From the NCBI RefSeq assembly GCF_009914755.1, contig NC_060948.1: 64,000 nt of DNA, one strand, 5' to 3'. The DNA is from the human T2T-CHM13v2.0 reference genome, Homo sapiens. Positions 14,101 to 27,794 of the stretch are shown piece by piece. The translations under genes were made by a program, and so were the position numbers. The notes under the pieces were generated by a model, which saw only the letters and a program-made list of their open reading frames with translations, did no database searches and was not told the DNA's origin. Positions within the stretch are counted from its first letter, which is position 1, and each line of letters begins with the position of its first letter.

Positions 14101-16723
14101 ATGGCGTCGAAGCAAATTGAATCAAATGGATTGGAGTCGAACAGAATGGAATGGAATGGAATGAAGTCGACTGGAGTAGAGAGGAATGTAAAGGAATAGA
14201 ATGGAATGTAATCAAATGGATTGCAAGTGAATGGAATCAAAAATAATAGAAAGGAATGGAGTGTAAAGGGATGATATTGAATAAAATGGAATGGAATGGA
14301 ATTTAATGGAATGGAGTTGAAGGAATGGACAGGAATGTAATGGACTCCAAAGGAATGGAATGGATGAAAATGGATTTGAACAGATTGGAATCGAACGGAA
14401 TGGAATGCAATGGAATGGAATGGACTCGAATGGAGAAGAGACAAATGGAATGGAAACGAATTCAATGGAATTGAAAAGAATAGAATGGAATGGCCTGTAA
14501 TGGTAAGATACTAAATGGAATGGAATTGAATGGAATGTAGTGGAATGGACCCAAATGTAATGCACTCGAATGGAATATACTGAAATAGAATGGAATCGAA
14601 AGGAAAGGTCTCAAATGGAATTTATTCAATACAATGGAATCGAATGGAATGCAATAGAATGGAAAGGAATCGAATGTAATGGAATCAAATAGAATGGACC
14701 AGACTGGAATGGACTGCCATAGAACGGACTGCAGTGTAATGGATTGAATTCTAATTCATTCAAATGGAATGGAATTGAATGGAATGGAATCCAATGGAAT
14801 AGATAGGATTGTACTGGAATGGAATAGCATGGAATGCAACGGAGTGGAATGGAGTTGAATGAAGTGGAATGGAATCGATTGGAATGGAATCAAATGGAAT
14901 GGACGGGAATGGAATGGACTGGAAGAGAACAGACTCGAATACAATGGATTGCAATGTAATTGATTCAAATGGAATGGAATCGAATGGAATGTAATAAAAT
15001 TGAAGGGATTGGAGTTCAATGCAAAGGAATAGAATGGAATGCAAAGGAAAGGAAAGGCACGGAGTGAAATCGAGTGTAATGGAATCGAATGGAATGAAAT
15101 CGAATGGAATGGACTCAAAAGAAATGGACGAGGGACAAAACGGAATCAAACTGATTGGAATCGAAAGGAACGGAATGGAATGGAATGGTCTCCATTGGAT
15201 GGGAGTAGAACGGATTGGAATGGAATGGAATGAAATGGAATGGAAAGGAATAGAATGGAATGGAAAGGAATGGAAGGTAATGGAAAGATATCGAACGGAT
15301 TGGAAAGGAATGGAATGGACGCTAATGGAATGGAATGGAATTCAACAGAAACGAATGGAATGGACTGGAGTGAAATGGAGTCGAATGTAATTGACTGGAG
15401 AGGAATGGACTCGAAAGGAATGGACTCGAATAGAATGGACAGGAATGGATTGTACTCGAATGGAGTGGAAAGGAATAAAATGGATTCCACCAGATTGGAA
15501 TGGAACAGAATGTAATGGAATGGAATGGAATGCAATGGAATGGCTCGAATGGAATGGAGTCGAATGCAATGGAAGAGAAAGGAAAGGAATTGAATGGAAT
15601 TGAAAGTAATAGAATTAAATGGAGTACAAAGGAAAGATATCGAATGGAATGGATCGAAAAGAAATAGAATGGAATTGACAGGAATGGAATGGAATAGACT
15701 GGCGTGCAATGAAAACGAATGGAATGGAAACGAATGGAATGGAATGGAAAGGAATGGAGTAGAATAAATACTATGGAATGGAATGGAATGGAATGGAATG
15801 GAATGGAATGGAATGGAAAGGAATGGAGGCGAAAGAAAATGAATGGATTGGAATGTCACCGAATGGAAAGATATGGAATGGAAGGGAATGGATACGAATG
15901 GAATGGAATAGAAAGGAAGGGAAAGGTAAAGAATGGAATGGAATCGGATAGAATGGAATGCAATATAATGGAGTCGAATGGAAATTAATCGAGTAGAATG
16001 ATATCGAATGGAATGGAATTTAATGGAATGAAATGGAATGGAATGGAATGGAATGGAATGGACTCGAATGGAATGTACTCAAATGGATTAGAATAGAATG
16101 GAATGGAACTAAACGTAATGAACTCGAATGGAATGGACACAAATAGAATGGAAGAGAAAGGAATGGTATTGAATGGAATGTATTCGAATAGAATGGAATT
16201 CAATGGAATGCAACAGTGTGGCATGGAATCAAATGGAATGGAATCGAATGGAATGGACCCGAGTGGAATGGACTCATAGAACATCCTCGAATGTAATGGA
16301 TTACAATGTATTAGATTTGAAAGGGCTGAAATCGAATGGAATGTAATCAAATAGAACGGAATTGAATGCATGGAATGGCATAGAAAGTAAAGCAATGGAA
16401 TGGAATAGACTGGAATGGAATGGAATCGGATGGAATGTAATGAAATGTAATGGAAGGAATGCCATGGAATGGAATGGAATGGAATGCAATGGGACGGTGT
16501 ATAATGGAGTGCAATGGATTTCAGTGGAATGTAGTCCAAAGGAATGAAATAGAATGGAATTCAATATAATGGAATGGCATCCAATGGCAAGGAATGGAGC
16601 GGACTCCAATGGAAACGACATGAAAGGACTAAAATATAATGGAATGGCATTGAACGAAATGGAATGCAATGGAGTTAAAAGGTAAAATATCGAATGGAAA
16701 AGAATTGAATGGACTCGAATGGA
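11158..16723 (+). repeat. Higher-order unit copy 3 (5566 bp, haplotype A; last ~400 bp switch to copy-4-like variants)
   Basis: Landmark at 11158 and 16724. The GGAAT tract at 12135-12174 has 8 copies versus 10 in copies 1-2. Confidence 0.95.
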
Positions 16724-19700
16724 ATATAATGGAATGGAATGGACTCGAATGGAATGTACTAGAGTTGAATGGAATCGCATGGAATGGAAAACAATGGAAA
16801 GGAAAGGAAGGGAATTGAAAGTAAAGGAATAGAATGGAATGGAATCGGATGGAACGGAATTGAATGGAATGGAAACTAAAGGAATAGAATAGAAAGGAAT
16901 GGCATTGAATGGAATGGAAAGGAATGGAATCAGATGGAAGAGAAAGGAATGGAATAGAATCGAATGGAATGGCATCGAATGGTTTCGAATGGAATGTAAT
17001 GGAATGGAATGGAAAGGAATGGAATGGACTCAAATGGAATGTACTCAAATGGAATAGAATAGAATGGAATGGAAGTAAATATAATGGACTCGAGTGGAAT
17101 GGATTGGAATAAATTGGAATTGAATGTATTGGATTCGAATGGAAAGGAATGGAATGGAATGGAATGGAATGGATTCGAATGGAATGGAACGAATTGGAAT
17201 GTAATTGAATGGAGTCGAAAACAGTAGAAAGAAAAGAAGTTTAATCGAATGATATCGAATGGAATTGAATGGAATGTAGGCGAATGGAATGGACTGGAAT
17301 GGAGTGGAGTGACATGTAATGGAATCGAAAGGAATGGAATCGAATGAAATGGAATTGAATGGAATAGAAAGGAATAGAATGGAATGGAGTTTAATGGAAA
17401 GATATTAAAAGTAATGGAATGGAATTGAGTGGACACGAATGGAATGGACTGGAATGGAAAGGTCTCGAATGAAATGGACCGCATTAGAATGGACTCGAAT
17501 GGAATGGATTGGAGTGGAATGGTCTTTAATGGATTGGAAACGAATGGAATGGAAAGGAATAGAATGGAATGTAATCAAATGGAACGAAATGGAATGGAAT
17601 GGATTCGACTGGAACAGAACTGAATGTAGTGGAATTGAGTGGAATGGAATGCAATCGAATGGAATGGACAGGAATGGAATAGAATGAAATGAAATGGCAT
17701 GGAATGGAACGGAATGGAATGGAATGGCATGGCATGGAATGGAATGGAATGGCATGGAATGAAATTGATTGGAATGGGATGGGCCCAAAAGTAATGGACT
17801 CACAGAAAAGGGACTCAAATAGAATGAATTGGAAAGAAACGGTCTCGAATGTAATTTATTCGAATAGAATGATATTGAATGGAATGCGATAGTATGGAAT
17901 GGTATTGAATAGAATGGAATAGAATGGAATGGAATGGAACGGAATGGAGTGCATTTGAACGGACTCCAATGCAACAAATTGCAATATAATTGATTCAAAT
18001 GGAATGGAATCGAATAGAATGTAAACAAATGAAATGGAAGGCAATGCAATGGAAAGGAATCGAATGAAATGGAATAAATGGGATGGAATCGAATGGAAAG
18101 GACGCGAATATAATGGACTGTTAAGGAAAGGTCTCGAATCGAATTTATTCCAATAGAATGGAATCGAACGGAATGCAATACTGTTGAATCAAATCGAATG
18201 GAATGGAATTGAATGGAATGGACAGGAATGGAATGAACTGGAAGTGAATGGAAAAGAACGTAATATAGTGCAATGTAATTTATTCAAATGGAATGGAATG
18301 CAATCGAATGGAATGGACTCGATTGGAATGGACTGGAGTGGAATGGACTGAAACGGAAGGGAAAGGAATGTAATGGAATGGAACGGAAAGCAAAGGAATC
18401 TACTGGAATAGAATCGAACGGAACAGAAAGGAATGGAATGGAATGGAGTGGAATGGACTCGAATGGAATGTAATCGAATGTAATGGACCAGAAAGGAATG
18501 GAATCCAATGGAATGGAATTGAATGGAATCAAAAGGAATAGAAAGGAATAGAGTGTAATTGAATGATACCGAATGGAAGGAAATGGAATGAAGTCGAATG
18601 GAATGCACTGGAATGGAATGGACTCGATCAGAACGGACTGGAGAGGAATGTACACAAATGGAATGGAATGGAATGAAATGGAATGGAATGAAATGGAATT
18701 GAAAGGAACGGAATCAAATGGAATGGAATGGATTGGAATAGAATGGATTCAAATAAAATAGAATTGATAGGAATGGTATTGAATGGAAGGGACTTGAATG
18801 GAATGGAAATCAATGGAAGATATTGGAATCGAATGGCATCGAATGAAATGGAATGGAACGGAATGGAACGGACCCGAATGGAATGGAATGGACTGAAATG
18901 TAATGGACTCGAATGGAATCGACTGAAATATAATAGACTCGAAAGGAATGGCCTCCAGCGGAATTTATTGGAATAGAATTGAATCAAATGGAATACAAGA
19001 GTATTGAATGGAATCGAATGGAATGGAATCGAATGGAATGGAACGGAATTCAATATAATGGAGTAGAATGGAATGAATTGGAAAGGAGCAGAGTGGAATC
19101 GAGTGGAATGGAATCGAGTGGAATGGAATCAAAGGGAACGAAATCGAATTGAATGGACTTGAATGGAATTGACTCGAAAGGAATTGACTCGAAAGGAATG
19201 GACTGGAACAAAAAGGAATCAAATGGACAGGAATGGAATGGAATGGACTCGAATGGAATGGAGTCAAATGCAAACGCATCGAATGGAATGGATTCAAATG
19301 GAATGCAATTGAAAGGAATAGAAAGGAAGAGAATGGAATTGAGAGTAATGGAAAGATATCATTGGAATGAAATGGAATGGAAAGGATTTGAATGGAAAGG
19401 AATGGACTCAAAAGAAATGGATTGGAATGGAATGGTCTCCAATGGAATGGACTGGAGTGGAATGGAATCGAATGGAATGAAAAGAATGGAACGGAATGGA
19501 ACGGAAAGGAATAGAATGTTATGGAATCCGATTGGACAGAATGGAATGGAATGGACTTTCATGAAATGGAGTCGAATAGAGTGGCATCAAAAGGAATGGA
19601 ATGGAATGGAGTGGACTCAAAAGGAACGGACTCGAAACGAATGGCGTCGAAGCAAATTGAATCAAATGGATTGGAGTCGAACAGAATGGAATGGAATGGA

Positions 19701-22268
19701 ATGAACTCGACTGGAGTATAGAGGAATGTAAAGGAATAGAATGGAATGTAATCAAATGGATTGCAAGTGAATGGAATCAAAAATAATAGAAAGGAATGGA
19801 GTGTAAAGGGATGATATTGAATAAAATGGAATGGAATGGAATTTAATGGAATGGAGTCGAAGGAATGGACAGGAATGTAATGGACTCCAATGGAATTGAA
19901 TGGATGAAAATGGATTTGAACAGATTGGAATCGAACGGAATGGAATGCAATGGAATGGAATGGAATGGAATGGAGAAGAGACAAATGGAATGGAAACGAA
20001 TTCAATGGAATTGAAAAGAATAGAATGGAATGGCCTGTAATGGTAAGATACTAAATGGAATGGAATTGAATGGAATGTAGTGGAATGGACCCAAATGTAA
20101 TGCACTCGAATGGAATATACTCAAATAGAATGGAATCGAAAGGAAAGGTCTCAAATGGAATGTATTCAATACAATGGAATCGAATGGAATGCAAAAGAAT
20201 GGAAAGGAATCGAATGTAATGGAATCAAATAGAATGGACCAGAATGGAATGGACTGGCATAGAACGGACTGCAGTGTAATGGATTGAATTCTAATTCATT
20301 CAAATGGAATGGAATTGAATGGAATGGAATCCAATGGAATAGATAGGATTGTACTGGAATGGAATAGCATGGAATGCAACGGAGTGGAATGGAGTTGAAT
20401 GAAGTGGAATGGAATCGATTGGAATGGAATCAAATGGAATGGACGGGAATGGAATGGACTGGAAGAGAACAGACTCGAATACAATGGATTGCAATGTAAT
20501 TGATTCAAATGGAATGGAATCGAATGGAATGTAATAAAATTGAAGGGATTGGAGTTCAATTCAATGGAATAGAATGGAATGCAAAGGAAAGGAAAGGCAC
20601 GGAGTGAATTCGAGTGTAATGGAATCGAATGGAATGAAATCGAATGGAATGGACTCAAAAGAAATGGACGAGGGACAAAACGGAATCAAAATGATTGGAA
20701 TCGAATGGAACGGAATGGAATGGAATGGTCTCCATTGGATGGGAGTAGAACGGATTGGAATGGAATGGAATGAATTGGAATGGAAAGGAATAGAATGGAA
20801 TGGAAAGGAATGGAAGGTAATGGAAAGATATCGAACGGATTGGAAAGGAATGGAATGGACGCTAATGGAATGGAATGGAATTCAACAGAAACGAATGGAA
20901 TGGACTGGAGTGAAATGGAGTCGAATGTAATTGACTGGAGAGGAATGGACTCGAAAGGAATGGACTCGAATAGAATGGACTGGAATGGATTATACTCGAA
21001 TGGAGTGGAAAGGAATAAAATGGATTCCACCAGATTGGAATGGAACAGAATGTAATGCAATGGAATGGAATGCAATGGAAAGGCTCGAATGGAATGGAGT
21101 CGAATGCAATGGAAGAGAAAGGAAAGGAATTGAATGGAATTGAAAGTAATAGAATTAAATGGAGTGCAAAGGAAAGATATCGAATGGAATGGATCGAAAA
21201 GAAATAGAATGGAATGGACAGGAATGGAATGGAATAGACTGGCGTGCAATGAAAACGAATGGAATGGAAACGAATGGAATGGAATGGAAAGGAATGGAGT
21301 AGAATAAATACTATGGAATGGAATGGAATGGAATGGAATGGAATGGAATGGAATGGAAAGGAATGGAGGCGAAAGGAAAAGAATGGATTGGAATGTCACC
21401 GAATGGAAAGATATGGAATGGAAAGGAATGGATACGAATGGAATGGAATAGAAAGGAAGGGAAAGGTAAAGAATGGAATGGAATCGGATAGAATGGAATG
21501 CAATATAATGGAGTCGAATGGAAAATAATCGAGTAGAATGATATCGAATGGAATGGAATTTAATGGAATGGAATGGAATGGAATGGAATGGAATGGAATG
21601 GAATGGACTCGAATGGAATGTACTCAAATCGATTAGAATAGAATGGAATGGAACTAAATGTAATGAACTCCAATGGAATGGACACAAATAGAATGGAAGG
21701 GAAAGGAATGGTATTGAATGGAATGTATTCGAATAGAATGGAATTCAATGGAATGCAACAGTGTGGCATGGAATCAAATGGAATGGAATCGAATGGAATG
21801 GACCCGAGTGGAATGGACTCATAGAACAGCCTCGAATGTAATGGATTACAATGTATTAGATTTGAAAGGGCTGAAATCGAATGGAATGTAATCAAATAGA
21901 ACGGAATTGAATTCATGGAATGGCATAGAAAGTAAAGCAATGGAATGGAATAGACTGGAATGGAATGGAATCGGATTGAATGTAATGAAATGTAATGGAA
22001 GGAATGCCATGGAATGGAATGGAATGGAATGCAATGGGACGGTGTATAATGGAGTGCAATGGATTTCAGTGGAATGTAGTCAAAAGGAATGAAATAGAAT
22101 GGAATTCAATATAATGGAATGGCATCCAATGGCAAGGAATGGAGCGGACTCCAATGGAAACGACATGAAAGGACTATAATATAATGGAATGGCATTGAAC
22201 GAAATGGAATGCAATGGAGTTAAAAGGTAAAATATCGAATGGAAAAGAATTGAATGGACTCGAATGGA
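16724..22268 (+). repeat. Higher-order unit copy 4 (5545 bp)
   Basis: Landmark at 16724 and 22269. Private 10-bp deletion near 18660 and 1-bp deletion near 19360 (GATATCATTGG versus GATATCGATTGG). Confidence 0.93.
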
Positions 22269-25200
22269 ATATAATGGAATGGAATGGACTCGAATGGAAT
22301 GTACTAGAGTTGAATGGAATCGCATGGAATGGAAAACAATGGAAAGGAAAGGAAGGGAATTGAAAGTAAAGGAATAGAATGGAATGGAATCGGATGGAAC
22401 GGAATTGAATGGAATGGAAACTAAAGGAATAGAATAGAAAGGAATGGCATTGAATGGAATGGAAAGGAATGGAATCAGATGGAACAGAAAGGAATGGAAT
22501 AGAATCGAATGGAATGGCATCGAATGGTTTGGAATGGAATGTAATGGAATGGAATGGAAAGGAATGGAATGGACTCAAATGGAATGTACTCAAATGGAAT
22601 AGAATAGAATGGAATGGAAGTAAATATAATGGACTCGAGTGGAATGGATTGGAATAAATTGGAATTGAATGTATTGGATTCGAATGGAAAGGAATGGAAT
22701 GGAATGGAATGGAATGGATTCGAATGGAATGGAACGAATTGGAATGTAATTGAATGGAGTCGAAAACAGTAGAAAGAAAAGAAGTTTAATCGAATGATAT
22801 CGAATGGAATTGAATGGAATGTAGGCGAATGGAATGGACTGGAATGGAGTGGAGTGAGATGTAATGGAATCGAAAGGAATGGAATCGAATGAAATGGAAT
22901 TGAATGGAATAGAAAGGAATAGAATGGAATGGAGTTTAATGGAAAGATATTAAAAGAAATGGAATGGAATTGAGTGGACACGAATGGAATGGACTGGAAT
23001 GTAAAGGACTCCAATGAAATGGACCGCATTAGAATGGACTCGAATGGAATGGATTGGAGTGGAATGGTCTTTAATGGATTGGAAACGAATGGAATGGAAA
23101 GGAATAGAATGGAATGTAATCAAATGGAACGAAATGGAATGGAATGGATTCGACTGGAACAGAACTGAATGTAGTGGAATTGAGTGGAATGGAATGCAAT
23201 CGAATGGAATGGACACGAATGGAATAGAATGAAATGAAATGGCATGGAATGGAATGGAATGGAATGGAATGGCATGGCATGGAATGGAATGGAATGGCAT
23301 GGAATGAAATTGATTGGAATGGGATGGGCCCAAAAGTAATGGACTCACAGAAAAGGGACTCAAATAGAATGAATTGGAAAGAAACGGTCTCGAATGTAAT
23401 TTATTCGAATAGAATGATATTGAATGGAATGCGATAGTATGGAATGGTATTGAATAGAATGGAATAGAATGGAATGGAATGGAACGGAATGGAGTGCATT
23501 TGAACGGACTCGAATGCAACAAATTGCAATATAATTGATTCAAATGGAATGGAATCGAATAGAATGTAAACAAATGAAATAGAAGGCAATGCAATGGAAA
23601 GGAATCGAATGAAATGGAATAAATGGGATGGAATCGAATGGAAAGGACGCGAATAAAATGGACTGTTAAGGAAAGGTCTCGAATCGAATTTATTCCAATA
23701 CAATGGAATCGAACGGAATGCAATACTATTGAATCGAAACGAATGGAATGGAATTGAATGGAATGGACAGGAATGGAATGAACTGGAAGTGAATGGAAAA
23801 GAACGTAATATAGTGCAATGTAATTTATTCAAATGGAATGGAATGCAATCGAATGGAATGGACACGATTGGAATGGACTGGAGTGGAATGGACTGAAATG
23901 GAATGGAAACGAATGTAATGGAATGGAACGGAAAGCAAAGGAATCTACTGGAATAGAATCGAACGGAACAGAAAGGAATGGAATGGAATGGAGTGGAATG
24001 GACTCGAATGGAATGTATTCGAATGTAATGGACCGGAAAGGAATGGAATCCAATGGAATGGAATTGAATGGAATCAAAAGGAATAGAAAGGAATAGAGTG
24101 TAATGGAATGATATCGAATGGAAGGAAATGGAATGAAGTCGAATGGAATGCACTGGAATGGAGTGGACTCGATCAGAACGGATTGGAGAGGAATGTACAC
24201 AAATGGAATGGAAACGAATGGAATGGAATGAAATGGAATGGAATGAAATGGAATTGAAAGGAACGGAATCAAATGGAATGGAATGGATTGGAATAGAATG
24301 GATTCAAATAAAATAGAATCGATAGGAATGGTATTGAATGGAAGGGACTTGAATGGAATGGAAATCAATGGAAGATATTGGAATCGAAAGGCATCGAATG
24401 AAACGGAATGGAAAGGAATGGAACGGACCCGAATGGAATGGAATGGACTCAAATGTAATGGACTCGAATGGAATCTACTGAAATATAATAGACTCGAAAG
24501 GAATGGCCTCCAGCGGAATTTATTTGAATAGAATTGAATCAAATGGAATACAAGAGTATTGAATGGAATCGAATGGAATGGAATCGAATGGAATGGAACG
24601 GAATTTAATATAATGGAGTAGAATGGAATGCATTGGAAAGGAGCAGAGTGGAATCGAGTGGAATGGAATCGAGTGGAATGGAATCAAAGGGAACGAAATC
24701 GAATTGAATGGACTTGAATGGAATTGAGTCGAAAGGAATTGACTCGAAAGGAATGGACTGGAACAAAAAGGAATGAAATGGACAGGAATGGAATGGAATG
24801 GACTCGAATGGAATGGAGTCAAATGCAAACGCATCGAATGGAATGGATTCAAATGGAATGCAATTGAATGGAATAGAAAGGAAGAGAATGGAATTGAGAG
24901 TAATGGAAAGATATCGATTGGAATGAAATGGAATGGAAAGGAATTGAATGGAAAGGAATGGACTCGAAAGAAATGGATTGGAATGGAATGGTCTCCAATG
25001 GAATGGACTGGAGTGGAATGGAATCGAATGGAATGAAAAGAATGGAACGGAATGGAACGGAAAGGAATAGAATGTTATGGAATCCGATTGGACAGAATGG
25101 AATGGAATGGACTTTCATGAAATGGAGTCGAATAGAGTGGCATCAAAAGGAATGGAATGGAATGGAGTGGACTCAAAAGGAACGGACTCGAAAGGAATGG

Positions 25201-27794
25201 CGTCGAAGCAAATTGAATCAAATGGATTGGAGTCGAACAGAATGGAAGGGAATGGAATGAACTCGACTGGAGTAGAGAGGAATGTAAAGGAATAGAATGG
25301 AATGTAATCAAATGGATTGCAAGTGAATTGAATCAAAAATAATAGAAAGGAATGGAGTGTAAAGGGATGATATTGAATAAAATGGAATGGAATGGAATTT
25401 AATGGAATGGAGTTGAAGGAATGGACAGGAATGTAATGGACTCCAAAGGAATGGAATGGATGAAAATGGATTTGAACAGATTGGAATCGAACGGAATGGA
25501 ATGCAATGGAATGGAATGGACTCGAATGGAGAAGAGACAAATGGAATGGAAACGAATTCAATGGAATTGAAAAGAATAGAATGGAATGGCCTGTAATGGT
25601 AAGATACTAAATGGAATGGAATTGAATGGAATGTAGTGGAATGGACCCAAATGTAATGCACTCGAATGGAATATACTGAAATAGAATGGAATCGAAAGGA
25701 AAGGTCTCAAATGGAATGTATTCAATACAATGGAATCGAATGGAATGCAATAGAATGGAAAGGAGTCGAATGTAATGGAATCAAATAGAATGGACCAGAC
25801 TGGAATGGACTGCCATAGAACGGACTGCAGTGTAATGGATTGAATTCTAATTCATTCAAATGGAATGGAATTGAATGGAATGGAATCCAATGGAATAGAT
25901 AGGATTGTACTGGAATGGAATAGCATGGAATGCAACGGAGTGGAATGGAGTTGAATGAAGTGGAATGGAATCGATTGGAATGGAATCAAATGGAATGGAC
26001 GGGAATGGAATGGACTGGAAGAGAACAGACTCGAATACAATGGATTGCAATGTAATTGACTCAAATGGAATGGAATCGAATGGAATGTAATAAAATTGAA
26101 GGGATTGGAGTTCAATTCAATGGAATAGAATGGAATGCAAAGGAAAGGAAAGGCACGGAGTGAATTCGAGTGTAATGGAATCGAATGGAATGAAATCGAA
26201 TGGAATGGACTCAAAAGAAATGGACGAGGGACAAAACGGAATCAAACTGATTGGAATGGAATGGAACGGAATGGAATGGAATGGTCTCCATTGGATGGGA
26301 GTAGAACGGATTGGAATGGAATGGAATGAATTGGAATGGAAAGGAATAGAATGGAATGGAAAGGAATGGAAGGTAATGGAAAGATATCGAACGGATTGGA
26401 AAGGAATGGAATGGACGCTAATGGAATGGAATGGAATTCAACAGAAACGAATGGAATGGACTGGAGTGAAATGGAGTCGAATGTAATTGACTGGAGAGGA
26501 ATGGACTCGAAAGGAATGGACTCGAATAGAATGGACTGGAATGGATTGTACTCGAATGGAGTGGAAAGGAATAAAATGGACTCCAGCAGATTGGAATGGA
26601 ACAGAATGGAATGCAATGGAATGGCTCAAATGGAATGGAGTCGAATGCAATGGAAGAGAAAGGAAAGGAATTGAATGGAATTGAAAGTAATAGAATTAAA
26701 TGGAGTGCAAAGGAAAGATATCGAATGGAATGGATCGAAAAGAAATAGAATGGAATGGACAGGAATGGAATGGAATAGACTGGCGTGCAATGAAAACGAA
26801 TGGAATGGAAACGAATGGAATGGAATGGAAAGGAATGTAGTAGAGTAAATACTATGGAATGGAATGGAATGGAATGGAATGGAATGGAATGGAATGGAAA
26901 GGAATGGAGGCGAAAGGAAAAGAATGGATTGGAATGTCACCAAATGGAAAGATATGGAATGGAAAGGAATGGATACGAATGGAATGGAATAGAAAGGAAG
27001 GGAAAGGTAAAGAATGGAATGGAATCGGATAGAATGGAATGCAATATAATGGAGTCGAATGGAAAATAATCGAGTAGAATGATATCGAATGGAATGGAAT
27101 TTAATGGAATGGAATGGAATGGAATGGAATGGACTCGAATGGAATGTACTCAAATGGATTAGAATAGAATGGAATGGAACTAAACATAATGAACTCGAAT
27201 GGAATGGACACAAATAGAATGGAAGAGAAAGGAATGGTATTAAATGGAATGTATTCGAATAGAATGGAATTCAATGGAATGCAACAGTGTGGCATGGAAT
27301 CAAATGGAATGGAATCGAATGGAATGGACCCGAGTGGAATGGACTCATAGAACAGCCTCGAATGTAATCGAATACAATGTATTAGATTCGAAAGGACTGA
27401 AATCGAATGGAATGTAATCAAATGGAACGGAACTGAATGCATGGAATGGCATAGAAAGTAATGCAATGGAATGGAATAGACTGGAATGGAATGGAATCAG
27501 ATGGAATGTAATGAAATGTAATGGAAGGAATGTCATGGAATGGAATGGAATGGAATGCAATGGGACGGTGTATAATGGAGTGCAATGGATTTCAGTGGAA
27601 TGTAGTCCAAAGGAATGAAATAGAATGGAATTCAATATAATGGAATGGCATCCAATGGCAAGGAATGGAGCGGACTCCAATGGAAACGACATGAAAGGAG
27701 TATAATATAATGGAATGGCATTGAACGAAATGGAATGCAATGGAGTTAAAAGGTAAAGTATCGAATGGAAAAGAATTGAATGGACTCGAATGGA
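22269..27794 (+). repeat. Higher-order unit copy 5 (5526 bp)
   Basis: Landmark at 22269 and 27795. Same order of internal landmarks (GGGCCC at 23326, CTGCAG at ~25825). Confidence 0.93.
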
